A DNA stretch of 32,000 nucleotides from Guillardia theta nucleomorph (Eukaryota; Protista; Cryptophyta), in NCBI GenBank assembly GCA_000002975.1, contig AJ010592.2:120001-152000 (forward strand), read 5' to 3'. How positions within the stretch are numbered: the first letter of the stretch is position 1; the number at the start of each line of letters is the position of its first letter. The notes beneath the pieces are model-generated. The model saw only the letters and a program-made list of their open reading frames with translations, was not told the DNA's origin and made no database searches. Of the stretch, positions 1 through 11,400 are shown piece by piece. The translations under genes were made by a program, and so were the position numbers.

Positions 1-57
1 TGTGAACATTTAAGGAAATCATATCGATAGATGTGTGTTTGTTAAGATTTAAACCAT

Positions 58-1842
<1,785 letters not shown>

Positions 1843-1882
1843 TTATTTTTATACAATATATACATAACAATCAAATAAAATT

Positions 1883-2363
1883 TCATGGTGTCAAAATACA
1901 GTAGCCGCCTGCTTTTTTAATTTTTTTAACGGCAACTTTACTAAATGAATTAGCTTTAATAACAAATGGTTTTTGAACCATTCTTCCTCTTCCTAATACT
2001 TTTGACATACCAATCAAAGATAAATCGAATGAATCTGACGAATTTTTTGTATGGAGATGCATATTTTTTACGAGTTTGTCAGAAATTTTGTCTAGATTAA
2101 TGCTTTTGTTAAAATTATTTTGTTTCAATTTTCTATAATATCTCATTCCAGTTTTACCAAAATGTTTTTTGTGATATTTTTCGAAAAATATTTTATGATG
2201 ATGTTGTCCTCCAGAATTTCCTCTACCTCCAGGATGTTTCCTGTGCTTTCCTACTCTTCCATGACCAGATGAAACATGCCCTCTTTTTTTTCTACTTCTT
2301 CTAATATCAGTTGGCTAAATCTATTAATAGGTAAAAAAAATTTTTTAAATCAAAACTTACCAT
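1883..2363 (-). CDS. rpl27A: 60S ribosomal protein L27a (uL15), spliced: exon 1 = ATG only (2363-2361), exon 2 = 2314-1883, 144 aa
   Basis: The spliced product reads MPTDIRRSRKKRGHVSSGHGRVGKHRKHPGGRGNSGGQHHHKIFFEKYHKKHFGKTGMRYY and continues in frame into the 87 aa ORF of the track (KVLGRG, IKKAGG). Confidence 0.96.
2315..2360 (-). other. 46-nt spliceosomal intron in rpl27A, directly after the start codon
   Basis: ATG|GTAAGTTTTG...TTAATAGATTTAG|CCA. Removing it restores the canonical MP- start of L27a. Confidence 0.93.
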
Positions 2364-2397
2364 TTTAGATAGTTTAATAGATACACCTGTCTTCAAT

Positions 2398-3675
2398 ATG
2401 AAAAAAAGTAAACTTTATAGATTGGGAACTGAAACTTGTATAGATATATTTCGAGGGACGGAAAAGAGATCTTTTGCTGATTGCTCAATAATTGATCAGG
2501 TCTTAATTTTAGATATTATTCAAAAAAAAAAAAATAATCAATTTGACAAAATTAAAAATGAAAAAAAAAAAATATTTAATCATAATAGATCGACTCTTAA
2601 TCAGTTGATAACTTTAAAAACAAAAAAGACTAATTATTATGAATTTTTAATTCAAAAGCTAATTAGAACATTCAAATTTTTTTTAGGTTTTTTATCCAAC
2701 TTTTTTACTAATTTTTTACACAATAGTAACTTTTTTTTTTCCAATTCAAACTCTTCAAGAGTAGAATTTTCAAGGGTTAATTTTTCATTGAATAATAAAA
2801 AAAAAACAAATCATGTTGAATTATTAAAAAATTTGAGAATTGTTGACTATAAAAGAGGTGTAAAAGTATCTGGGAATCGTGCATATTATTTAATAGGTCC
2901 AGGAGTATCTCTAAACCTCGCTCTAATACAATATGGATTAGATTTTATGCTGAAAAGAAATTTTATTAGTATACAAACTCCTTTTTATATGAACGAAAAG
3001 ATATTAAAATGTTGCGTTCAACTTCAAGATTTCATAGAACAATTATATTCAATGGGTAAAAATGATAAAAAATTTCTAATTGCAACATCGGAACAGACTA
3101 TATGTGCTTTTCACTTTAAAGAAAAAATTCATGCAGAATATTTGCCATTAAAATATGTTGGTATAAGTACTTGTTTTCGAAAAGAAAGCGGAAGTCATGG
3201 AAAAGATACAAATGGAATTTTTAGAGTACATCAATTTGAAAAAATAGAACAATTCATTATATGCAATTCTGATAAGTATGAGTCGTGGAAATTTTTTGAA
3301 ATTTTAATTAGCAATTCCAAAGAATTTTACAAATCTCTTCAAATACCATTTATATGTATTAACATTCCAACAATAGATCTCAATAAAACTGCATCCAGGA
3401 AAACAGATTTACTAGGATGGTTTCCCTCTGGTAGTAACTACAAAGAACTTGTTTCATGCTCAAATTGCTTGGAGTATCAATCCGAAAATCTTTACATTGA
3501 AACGTATAAAAATGGAATTTTGCCTCAAAAATCATACTTACATATGCTTAATTCAACATTATGTGCTACAACAAGAACAATATGTTGTATAGCTGAGAAT
3601 TACTCAGAAAACAATGGACTGACAATTCCAAACGCACTAAGAGATTATTTAGGATTTTCATTTATTTATTTTTAA
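2398..3675 (+). CDS. sys1: Seryl-tRNA synthetase, eukaryotic cytosolic type
   Basis: LIATSEQ, motif 2 TCFRKESGSHGKDTNGIFRVHQFEKIEQF, ELVSCSNC, motif 3 HMLNSTLCATTRTICCIAENY. Confidence 0.96.
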   Translation: MKKSKLYRLGTETCIDIFRGTEKRSFADCSIIDQVLILDIIQKKKNNQFDKIKNEKKKIFNHNRSTLNQLITLKTKKTNYYEFLIQKLIRTFKFFLGFLSNFFTNFLHNSNFFFSNSNSSRVEFSRVNFSLNNKKKTNHVELLKNLRIVDYKRGVKVSGNRAYYLIGPGVSLNLALIQYGLDFMLKRNFISIQTPFYMNEKILKCCVQLQDFIEQLYSMGKNDKKFLIATSEQTICAFHFKEKIHAEYLPLKYVGISTCFRKESGSHGKDTNGIFRVHQFEKIEQFIICNSDKYESWKFFEILISNSKEFYKSLQIPFICINIPTIDLNKTASRKTDLLGWFPSGSNYKELVSCSNCLEYQSENLYIETYKNGILPQKSYLHMLNSTLCATTRTICCIAENYSENNGLTIPNALRDYLGFSFIYF

Positions 3676-3682
3676 TACATTT

Positions 3683-5632
3683 TTAATTCTTGAACTTGTA
3701 TTTTTCAACAATAATTAGCAATATATGAAGATCAGATGAACTTATTCCACCAATACAAGTTGCCTCCCTTAAAGTCTTAGGTCTAATTTTTGAAAGTTTT
3801 TCACGTCCTTCTTTTGAAATTTGATTAACATCCATAAAATTGAAATTTTTATCAATTTTTAAATCCAATGATCTTTCCAAGCTTAATATTTGATTATTTT
3901 GTCTAGTAATATAATTTTGATATTTAATTTCAGTTTCTAATATTCTTAACTTTTCAATGTTTTTTGAATTAATAATTCCTATATTTATCAAAGAATCAAA
4001 AGATACATTTGGCCTTGATATCATTGAAGCCAAACTTAAATCTTTCTTTAATATTACGTTTAGTTCATTTTCAATTATGCCAGATATATTTGAATTAATT
4101 TTAATAATGGTATTATTAAGAATCAAACTTTTGTTTTTAATATCTCGGACTTTTTTTTTAAAATTTATCCATGAAATATCATCAACAAGACCATATTTTC
4201 TTCCTAAAGGTTTGAGTCTAATATCTGCATTATCGCCTCTTAATAACATTCTATATTCTGATCTAGAAGTAAGAACTCTATAAGGTTCATTTAATGATCT
4301 TGTTACTAGATCATCAATCATTGTACCAATGAAGGATCCTTGTCGTGAAATTGTTAACAATGATTTTTTTTGTGCATATAGAGACGCGTTTAGACCAGTA
4401 ACAATGCCTTGAGCAGAAGCTTCTTCGTAACCAGTCGTCCCACAAACTTGTCCTGCAAAAAATAATCCTTCTATGGACGACATAAGGGTTTTTTCTAGTT
4501 GAGTTGCAGGTAAAAAATCATAATCAACAGAATATGCCGGTCTTAAAATTCTACAACTATGAAGTCCTTCGATTGTTCTAATAAGATTTTCTTGTAAATT
4601 TTCAGGAAAGCCCGTTGAAAAACCCTGTAGATAAATTTCGTTAATATTTCTTCCTTCTGGTTCAAGGAAAATTTGATGCTCGTCTTTATTACTAAACCTC
4701 ACTATCTTATCCTCTATTGAAGGACAATATCTTGGACCAGTACTTCTCATGAAACCACCGTACTTTGGGGATAGGTGTAGGTTTTGTTTTATAATATTTT
4801 TAGTTTCAATTGTAGTTTTAGTCAAATAGCACGGAAGAGTTTCCCTTGAATTCCATTCCCTAGTATCAAAACTAAACCATAATTCGTTTTGATCGCTCAA
4901 TTGAATTTCTAATTTACTATAATCAATCGTTCTAGAATCGATTCTGGGAGGAGTTCCTGTTTTTAGTCTACCAAATTTAATGTTACTTTTTATTAAATTT
5001 TCAGTTAAACCAATACTAGCCATTTCTCCTGACCTTCCGGCAGAAAGTTTTTTTGGACCAACCCAAATTGTACCTCCTAAAAATGTTCCAGTTGTAAGCA
5101 CAACTGAACGGCATCGGTAAAATCCTCCAAAATGTGTTCCAATTCCAATTATCTTTTTGTTATTATCAAGAAAAATTTGTGTCACCATTCCTTCCTGAAT
5201 AGATAAGTTTTCTTCAGAATCTATAAACTTTTTCATTTCCTCTGAATATTCTCTTTTATCAGTCTGGGCTCTTAATGCCCAGACAGCTGGACCTTTTGAG
5301 ATATTTAAAAGTTTTTTATGTAAATAAGTTCTGTCTGTTATTTTACCGATAATACCTCCTATTGCATCTACCTCATGAACTAGATTTGATTTTGCAGGTC
5401 CACCTATTGAAGGGTTACATGGTTGCCATGCTATTTTGTCTAAATTGAGAGTAATCAATAAAGTTTTACAACCAGATTTACTGCTTGCAACCGCAGCTTC
5501 ACAGCCCGAATGCCCACCGCCTACAACTATAACATCATAGGAATTAATATGTTTATTATAAACCATACTAAATTTTTTTTTCGAAATATTTATTTTTTTA
5601 TTGCATTTAGGACTAATAATATTATTTATCAT
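3683..5632 (-). CDS. gidA: tRNA U34 modification enzyme GidA/MnmG, cyanobacterial type, probably plastid-targeted
   Basis: YDVIVVGGGHSGCEAA, CNPSIGGPAK, RLKTGTPPR, GPRYCPSIEDK, FFAGQVCGTTGYEEA and EPYRVLTSRSEYR, preceded by a ~30 aa basic N-terminal extension. Confidence 0.97.
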   Translation of the reverse strand: MINNIISPKCNKKINISKKKFSMVYNKHINSYDVIVVGGGHSGCEAAVASSKSGCKTLLITLNLDKIAWQPCNPSIGGPAKSNLVHEVDAIGGIIGKITDRTYLHKKLLNISKGPAVWALRAQTDKREYSEEMKKFIDSEENLSIQEGMVTQIFLDNNKKIIGIGTHFGGFYRCRSVVLTTGTFLGGTIWVGPKKLSAGRSGEMASIGLTENLIKSNIKFGRLKTGTPPRIDSRTIDYSKLEIQLSDQNELWFSFDTREWNSRETLPCYLTKTTIETKNIIKQNLHLSPKYGGFMRSTGPRYCPSIEDKIVRFSNKDEHQIFLEPEGRNINEIYLQGFSTGFPENLQENLIRTIEGLHSCRILRPAYSVDYDFLPATQLEKTLMSSIEGLFFAGQVCGTTGYEEASAQGIVTGLNASLYAQKKSLLTISRQGSFIGTMIDDLVTRSLNEPYRVLTSRSEYRMLLRGDNADIRLKPLGRKYGLVDDISWINFKKKVRDIKNKSLILNNTIIKINSNISGIIENELNVILKKDLSLASMISRPNVSFDSLINIGIINSKNIEKLRILETEIKYQNYITRQNNQILSLERSLDLKIDKNFNFMDVNQISKEGREKLSKIRPKTLREATCIGGISSSDLHILLIIVEKYKFKN

Positions 5633-5673
5633 TTAATTATATTGTATCTAATTAATGTAGAAACTATATTATT

Positions 5674-8259
5674 TCAATTTTTATCACCATAAATATATTT
5701 TTTATTACAAATTAAGGTTTTTTTGATTTCAAAACTTTTCCTTAATATTAATTCGTAGCTTGAATCAAATATTCTAAAAATTCCATAACTGATAAATTCT
5801 TCAAAAGAATTTAAATGATCGGAGAAGTTCAATATTAAATTAAAAATTTGTAAGATCAGTAAAACATAGATTTGTTTAAATTTCCTATAAGGCTTATCAG
5901 ATAGAAAATGAGATTTTCCTTTGAGATTTAACAAGCATTGAGCAAAACGAATAAAAAAAAATATTTTTTCAAATTTGTAAATAAAGTCTGTAGAATTTAT
6001 TTTCAAACTTTTAATATAATTTAAATTATTATTGCCTAATTCGAATAAAATTAAATCACTAAAGCATTCTAATGAATTATTAATCTTTTTATTGCCTGAA
6101 CCAGCACCAATCATCCCGAGTGAGAATATTACGATATTAATGATATCTGAATTGTAGTATTTTAAGTTTTTAATAAGACAATTAATTATCGAGGAATTTG
6201 ACCTATGATCTTTAATCAAAGAACTGAAAATCATGGGTAAGACCTTTTGTTCAATCTGAGAATTTTCTATTATAAGCTCAAACATTTTAATTAAATTATT
6301 CGATAAAGATTTGTTTCTAAATAATATAAAAAAAATTCCTATGTATGAAATTTCTAGTCTTAATTTATAAAAAAAATTATTATCAATGTGACTAATACTT
6401 TTAATTTTTCTTATATTAATACATTTATTCTGTTGCTTATATTTTCCTTTATTTGATGTAATACTATCTTTATAGTTAAAAGATTTGATAAAATCAGTTT
6501 CGAAAATAGTTTTGAGAATGAAATTGCATAATTTAGGATTATAATAATTGAAATTTAAAAATATAATAGATGCATAGATTGATATATTTTTTATTATTTT
6601 ATTTTTAATATTAAACACTTCATAAAATTTGGTTTTAAAACATTTTTTGATTACTAGAAAAATTGAACCAGTACTTAATATCATTGCTGATAATGTTTTT
6701 TGAATATTTTCTTCAAATAATATAGATTGAGAAATATTTTCATTAATGTATTTAACTGATTTTTCGATTAAATAGGAATTATTATCATAAAATTTATTTC
6801 TAAAGGAATCAAAAATTATATTGACTTGTAGTTTAATTGAAGATAAAAAATATCTATTAAGATATTTAACAAGAGAAGATTCAAAATTTAAATTACAAAA
6901 AAGAATCACAGAGTTAGAATTAATAATTGAATTGTAAAATTTAAAGATATTCATGAAATCATCTATTTGTATAATGTATTCAGCTGTAGTTAAATTTTTA
7001 CAGATGACTAGGAAATTACACATAATTTTTTTGTAAATTTTATAGTTAAAATATTTTTTAATGATAGAAGAATAGATAGAATTAATCATATAAAAATGTA
7101 TTTTAAAAATATTTTCTGGAAACATATCCGAAAAAAGAATACCAATTACGGAGTAAGAATCTAACTCCGTGGAAGTATTTTTTTTTTTGTTATTTGATCT
7201 AAATGATTCAATAATTTTAGAAATCAATTTGCATATATTTTTGAAACTCATAGACCAAAGGACAATATATTTATCAACTAAAAAATTATAAGAAAAAATT
7301 TGTTCAAAGAATTGAGTTTCATTTTTTTCTATAATATTGTAATTGATAAATTTTAATAAATTTTCTGAAATCTCTTTGGTATTAATTAGTTTTTTCATTG
7401 AATTTAATTCTATTTTATGAATAATTTTGTTTTTATCAAAAGATGTAATGTTTGAAGAATTCGTTCTATATTGATTTATATCCGTGATAGTTTTGATTTT
7501 TATCAATTTTAGTAAAACAAAATTGTGTAAATTTGATTTAAATTTATTGATCCATTTTACTTTATTTTGTATTTCAACATGATTGAGTTGACTTGAGAAA
7601 AGTTTAGTTGAAAAATGCTTTAAATTATGAAAAAGATTTAAAACTTTAATGTTTATACACTTTTTTGATAAAATTGTTTTATTTTTAAACAATAAATTTT
7701 TTTGATTACATTTTTTTTTTAATAGGTATGATATTGGATGAAGCTTATAAGCATCCAAAAATATTTTTATTTTTTTTTCAGCGATAAAATCTAAATTGTC
7801 TTTTAGAATATCCACAATTGAAGCAAAGTTTTCTATCAAAAGAAATGATTTGAAAACAAAAGGATGAAATTTAAATAAGTCAACTGAAAATATTTTAAAA
7901 TACGAGAAGATATTTTTTTTTTTACAAAAATTTTTGTTGTAAATCAGTAAATAATATTTTATTAACGAAAGATCATTAGAAGAAAACTTTTCATTGGATA
8001 AAATAAGATTATTAGATAAAGTATGAGTAAAAGAAATTTCCAGTATTAGTTTAAAATCATTGTGAAGTATGTTATATTGATTAAAACATTTTTTGTGATT
8101 TATTATCATTTTTGTGAAATAATATTCATCAAAATCTTTAACTTTTTTAATATCACAATTTTTTTTTTGTATATATCTAATATTTATCCCACCCATTATA
8201 ACAAAAATAGAATAAAATATATTTTTATTTTTATAAGATTGATTATTTTTAAACAACAT
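5674..8259 (-). CDS. rpn1: Highly divergent 26S proteasome non-ATPase subunit Rpn1 (PSMD2-like)
   Basis: The C-terminal segments NIVIFSLGMIGAGSGNKKI and FFIRFAQCLLNLKGK resemble Rpn1 IFAMGMVGSGTNNAR and FMVRLAQGLTHLGKG. Length is similar to Rpn1; the rest is low complexity. Confidence 0.7.
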   Translation of the reverse strand: MLFKNNQSYKNKNIFYSIFVIMGGINIRYIQKKNCDIKKVKDFDEYYFTKMIINHKKCFNQYNILHNDFKLILEISFTHTLSNNLILSNEKFSSNDLSLIKYYLLIYNKNFCKKKNIFSYFKIFSVDLFKFHPFVFKSFLLIENFASIVDILKDNLDFIAEKKIKIFLDAYKLHPISYLLKKKCNQKNLLFKNKTILSKKCINIKVLNLFHNLKHFSTKLFSSQLNHVEIQNKVKWINKFKSNLHNFVLLKLIKIKTITDINQYRTNSSNITSFDKNKIIHKIELNSMKKLINTKEISENLLKFINYNIIEKNETQFFEQIFSYNFLVDKYIVLWSMSFKNICKLISKIIESFRSNNKKKNTSTELDSYSVIGILFSDMFPENIFKIHFYMINSIYSSIIKKYFNYKIYKKIMCNFLVICKNLTTAEYIIQIDDFMNIFKFYNSIINSNSVILFCNLNFESSLVKYLNRYFLSSIKLQVNIIFDSFRNKFYDNNSYLIEKSVKYINENISQSILFEENIQKTLSAMILSTGSIFLVIKKCFKTKFYEVFNIKNKIIKNISIYASIIFLNFNYYNPKLCNFILKTIFETDFIKSFNYKDSITSNKGKYKQQNKCINIRKIKSISHIDNNFFYKLRLEISYIGIFFILFRNKSLSNNLIKMFELIIENSQIEQKVLPMIFSSLIKDHRSNSSIINCLIKNLKYYNSDIINIVIFSLGMIGAGSGNKKINNSLECFSDLILFELGNNNLNYIKSLKINSTDFIYKFEKIFFFIRFAQCLLNLKGKSHFLSDKPYRKFKQIYVLLILQIFNLILNFSDHLNSFEEFISYGIFRIFDSSYELILRKSFEIKKTLICNKKYIYGDKN

Positions 8260-8452
8260 TAAAATATAAATTATTACTTAGAGTATTTTAAGAAATTAAT
8301 CACAAATTATTCTAGATCATATCAAAAAAATCATACAATCATATCGACAATTCTTAATTGTTGTTAGGAAAACTCAAGCAACAATAGTATGAATTGTTTG
8401 ATAATATCGTCAGAATGTTCCATTCTACAGGTTGTCTTTTTAATTTAACATA

Positions 8453-9265
8453 ATGTCTATATTCAATGCACTGGTAATACCAAAAATATGTAACGCAGTC
8501 TTAAAATCATATCAAAATTCATGGCCGAGAGATTTACTGAAAATTTACACATGTTCTCCTTTAGATTTTCACGCTCAAACCATGAATTGGGACTGTGGCT
8601 ATAGAAATATGCAAACTATGCTGTCTTCTTACTTGAATCACGATTCATCGGTAAGAGATCAATTATTTTCATCAGGAATTATTACGATACCTACATTAAA
8701 AGAACTTCAAAGGTTAATTGAAAGAGCTTGGACAAAAGGATACGATCAAATAGGAGGAATGCAATTAGATTATTCTCTTTATGACACAAATAAATGGATT
8801 GGAGCAACAGAAGTCGTTGCGATGTTACGATCTTGTAAGGTTAGAGCATGTGTTGCAGATTTCGACTTCACTAGCGGTCATTGTGATTTAAATACAATGG
8901 TCAGAGTTGTTTGGGAGTATTTTGAAAGCCGAAATTTATTATCACAAGATGATAATATTTTCATTGCTCCACTATACCTACAGCATCAAGGGCATTCCAG
9001 ACTGATTCTTGGTGTTGAAAAATGGGCGAATGGAGATATTAAACTATTGATATTAGATCCTCAGATGAGAAGAGCAATACAATTTCATCAAAGAGTTGGC
9101 GATGAAGCAAATATTCTCAGACAAGGTGTGAGTACACATGGTTTAAATTCTAAATCAAAATATCAAATTGCATATTTATCCGAAAAAAATATTTATAATC
9201 AAGAGATGGAACACTCGAAGATAATTGTAGATGAATTAAGACACCCTAAGTTAAAATTTATTTAA
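8453..9265 (+). CDS. ZUFSP/ZUP1-Mug105 family (peptidase C78) cysteine protease or deubiquitinase, catalytic domain only
   Basis: WDCGYRNMQ (Cys48), LQRLIERAWTKGYD, KWIGATE, PLYLQHQGHSR (His181), LLILDP (Asp202). Confidence 0.88.
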   Translation: MSIFNALVIPKICNAVLKSYQNSWPRDLLKIYTCSPLDFHAQTMNWDCGYRNMQTMLSSYLNHDSSVRDQLFSSGIITIPTLKELQRLIERAWTKGYDQIGGMQLDYSLYDTNKWIGATEVVAMLRSCKVRACVADFDFTSGHCDLNTMVRVVWEYFESRNLLSQDDNIFIAPLYLQHQGHSRLILGVEKWANGDIKLLILDPQMRRAIQFHQRVGDEANILRQGVSTHGLNSKSKYQIAYLSEKNIYNQEMEHSKIIVDELRHPKLKFI

Positions 9266-9302
9266 TTAAAATTTTTAAATTAATTTTTTTATATAAGACT
9301 GA

Positions 9303-11381
9303 ATGGAATCTTTTAAAAATGAAATTTTAGGCTGGAATTTCTTTTATTCCAAAACAAATGAATTTCTATACCGGCTATTTTTCGTACCAATTGTTTTTGC
9401 AACTTTTTTTCATTTTAAGTATTGTTTTGAACCACTCTATTTCGAAGAATTAAGGTATCAAATAAATAAAAATATAAAAGAAAATTTTGTTACAGATTTA
9501 AAAATTGATGGAATAATTAGATCTACTAAAATAAAATTTGATAAACTTTTTGTTAAAATTAAAATTAAAACTAAAAGTATCGACAAAGTAAAAAACACAA
9601 TAGGAAATTTTTTCATATTAACTATAAAAAATGATAATATTATAGCTAAAAAACATTTTTTTACTTTTTTTGGTAAAGTTGTTAATATAAAAAAAAAAAA
9701 ATTAATTATCATGGAAATAAATCCAATATTTTTTTTAAGAATAAATAAAAAAGATAAAATAATTTTATTTCTTTCCAGATATTTTAGTAAAATTTCATTG
9801 GTCTTAAAAGAATTTGAAACTATAAGAAAATTTAATTACCTTTACAATCCAATTAGAACAATTTTAATGAACCCAGTCAATGAATCAATTATATTAAGAA
9901 ATTCATTTTTTGATGAATGCATAGATAGACATTATAATTTACATTTTAACAAAAATCAGTTAAGTTGTATAAAAGATTTTCAAAATAACCACATCACTTT
10001 GATCCAAGGTCCACCTGGAACAGGTAAGACACGAACAATTTTAGGCATTCTTGCTATATTATTTGAGGAAAAAAAAAAATATGGAATTAAATTGAAAATA
10101 AGTGTAGATAAAAAAAAGCAAAACGATCAAGTCATAATTTGTGCACCTTCGAATGCAGCAATTGATGAAAATTTGTCTAGAATGTTGTTTGGAATACCTT
10201 ATCTTTATCAGAATAATTTAAATAATCCCAGATTATTAAGATTAGGTCCAAACTATAATAAATATCTAGATCATATTTCATTTGAAACACTTTCATTAAT
10301 CAAATTATCAGATATAGATTTTGAAAATAAATTTAAGTTTTCGAACTTTAATATTATAAATCTTAAAAGATCTATCATAAATACAGGCTCGTTAATTTTC
10401 ACGACATTAGCTTGTAGTAATTATCACTTGATTAATAACTTAACAAGTAAACAATACTTAATAATCGACGAGGCAGCACAATCTATTGAATTGTCTTCAT
10501 TAATTCCTATCAAAAAATATACACATAGAATAATTCTTGTAGGAGATATACACCAACTTCCTGCAACAGTTTTTTCAAAAAGTGCAATAGCATTTGGTTA
10601 TAATAGAAGTTTGTTGAAAAGATTTCAATTAAATAGATACCCTACTCTATTTTTAGGAATACAATATAGAATGCATCCTCAGATATCTAGTTTTCCTGCA
10701 AGAAAATTTTACAAAAATAATCTGAAAGATTCATGGAAAGTATCCAAAATATCTAATTTTCACCAATTGAGGTGTTTTAGTCCATTAATTTTTTTCGATA
10801 TCATTGATGGAGTTGAGAACTACCACACTGATAATCATTTTTCATGGTGCAATTTAGACGAAATAAGATTTATTAATTTATATTTTAGATCAATAATATG
10901 TTTAATATCAAACCTAAATGAATTAACAATTGGTTTTATCAGCGGTTATTCGGGACAGATTGAGGAAATGAGAGACATTTTATCTAATTCAAAAATAAAA
11001 CTAAATGAACAGATTAGTACAATAGATAGTTTTCAAGGCAAAGAGAAAGATATTTTATTTTTCTCTTGCGTAAGATCGAAAATAGAAAGAGGAATAGGTT
11101 TTTTGGCCGATGGTAGACGAATAAACGTTGCTTTTACAAGAGCAAAATTAGGTTTTTGGATTTTTGGTAATTCCTTTTCATTACGTAAAGATAGTAATTG
11201 GAATGAAACAGTTTTTGATTTTAAAATTAGAAATAATTATTTTGTTTCTAGAAAACCATATGAAAGGTCTAATAGAAGAGTTATATATTGGGATATCTTA
11301 GATCATGAAAATTATACTTTCGACGGAGAAGTAGAATTTACTAATACTAAAATATTAATTGAATCTTTGTTTGAAAATTAA
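9303..11381 (+). CDS. sen1: Sen1-like SF1B RNA/DNA helicase (helicase module only)
   Basis: LIQGPPGTGKT, CAPSNAAIDE, IIDEAAQ, LVGDIHQLPATV, QYRMHPQI, TIDSFQGKEKD and RRINVAFTRAK. No Upf1 Cys/His domain is present. Confidence 0.85.
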   Translation: MESFKNEILGWNFFYSKTNEFLYRLFFVPIVFATFFHFKYCFEPLYFEELRYQINKNIKENFVTDLKIDGIIRSTKIKFDKLFVKIKIKTKSIDKVKNTIGNFFILTIKNDNIIAKKHFFTFFGKVVNIKKKKLIIMEINPIFFLRINKKDKIILFLSRYFSKISLVLKEFETIRKFNYLYNPIRTILMNPVNESIILRNSFFDECIDRHYNLHFNKNQLSCIKDFQNNHITLIQGPPGTGKTRTILGILAILFEEKKKYGIKLKISVDKKKQNDQVIICAPSNAAIDENLSRMLFGIPYLYQNNLNNPRLLRLGPNYNKYLDHISFETLSLIKLSDIDFENKFKFSNFNIINLKRSIINTGSLIFTTLACSNYHLINNLTSKQYLIIDEAAQSIELSSLIPIKKYTHRIILVGDIHQLPATVFSKSAIAFGYNRSLLKRFQLNRYPTLFLGIQYRMHPQISSFPARKFYKNNLKDSWKVSKISNFHQLRCFSPLIFFDIIDGVENYHTDNHFSWCNLDEIRFINLYFRSIICLISNLNELTIGFISGYSGQIEEMRDILSNSKIKLNEQISTIDSFQGKEKDILFFSCVRSKIERGIGFLADGRRINVAFTRAKLGFWIFGNSFSLRKDSNWNETVFDFKIRNNYFVSRKPYERSNRRVIYWDILDHENYTFDGEVEFTNTKILIESLFEN

Positions 11382-11400
11382 TAAAGTAATTTTATTTTAC

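Noticed and set aside
8362-8382. SRP RNA helix 8-like TAGG...AGCA
   Set aside because: There is no GNRA-capped stem between the motifs and the spacing is too short.
9303-11381. Upf1 identity for the SF1 helicase
   Set aside because: There is no N-terminal Cys/His zinc domain, and QLPATV and TILGIL fit Sen1 better.
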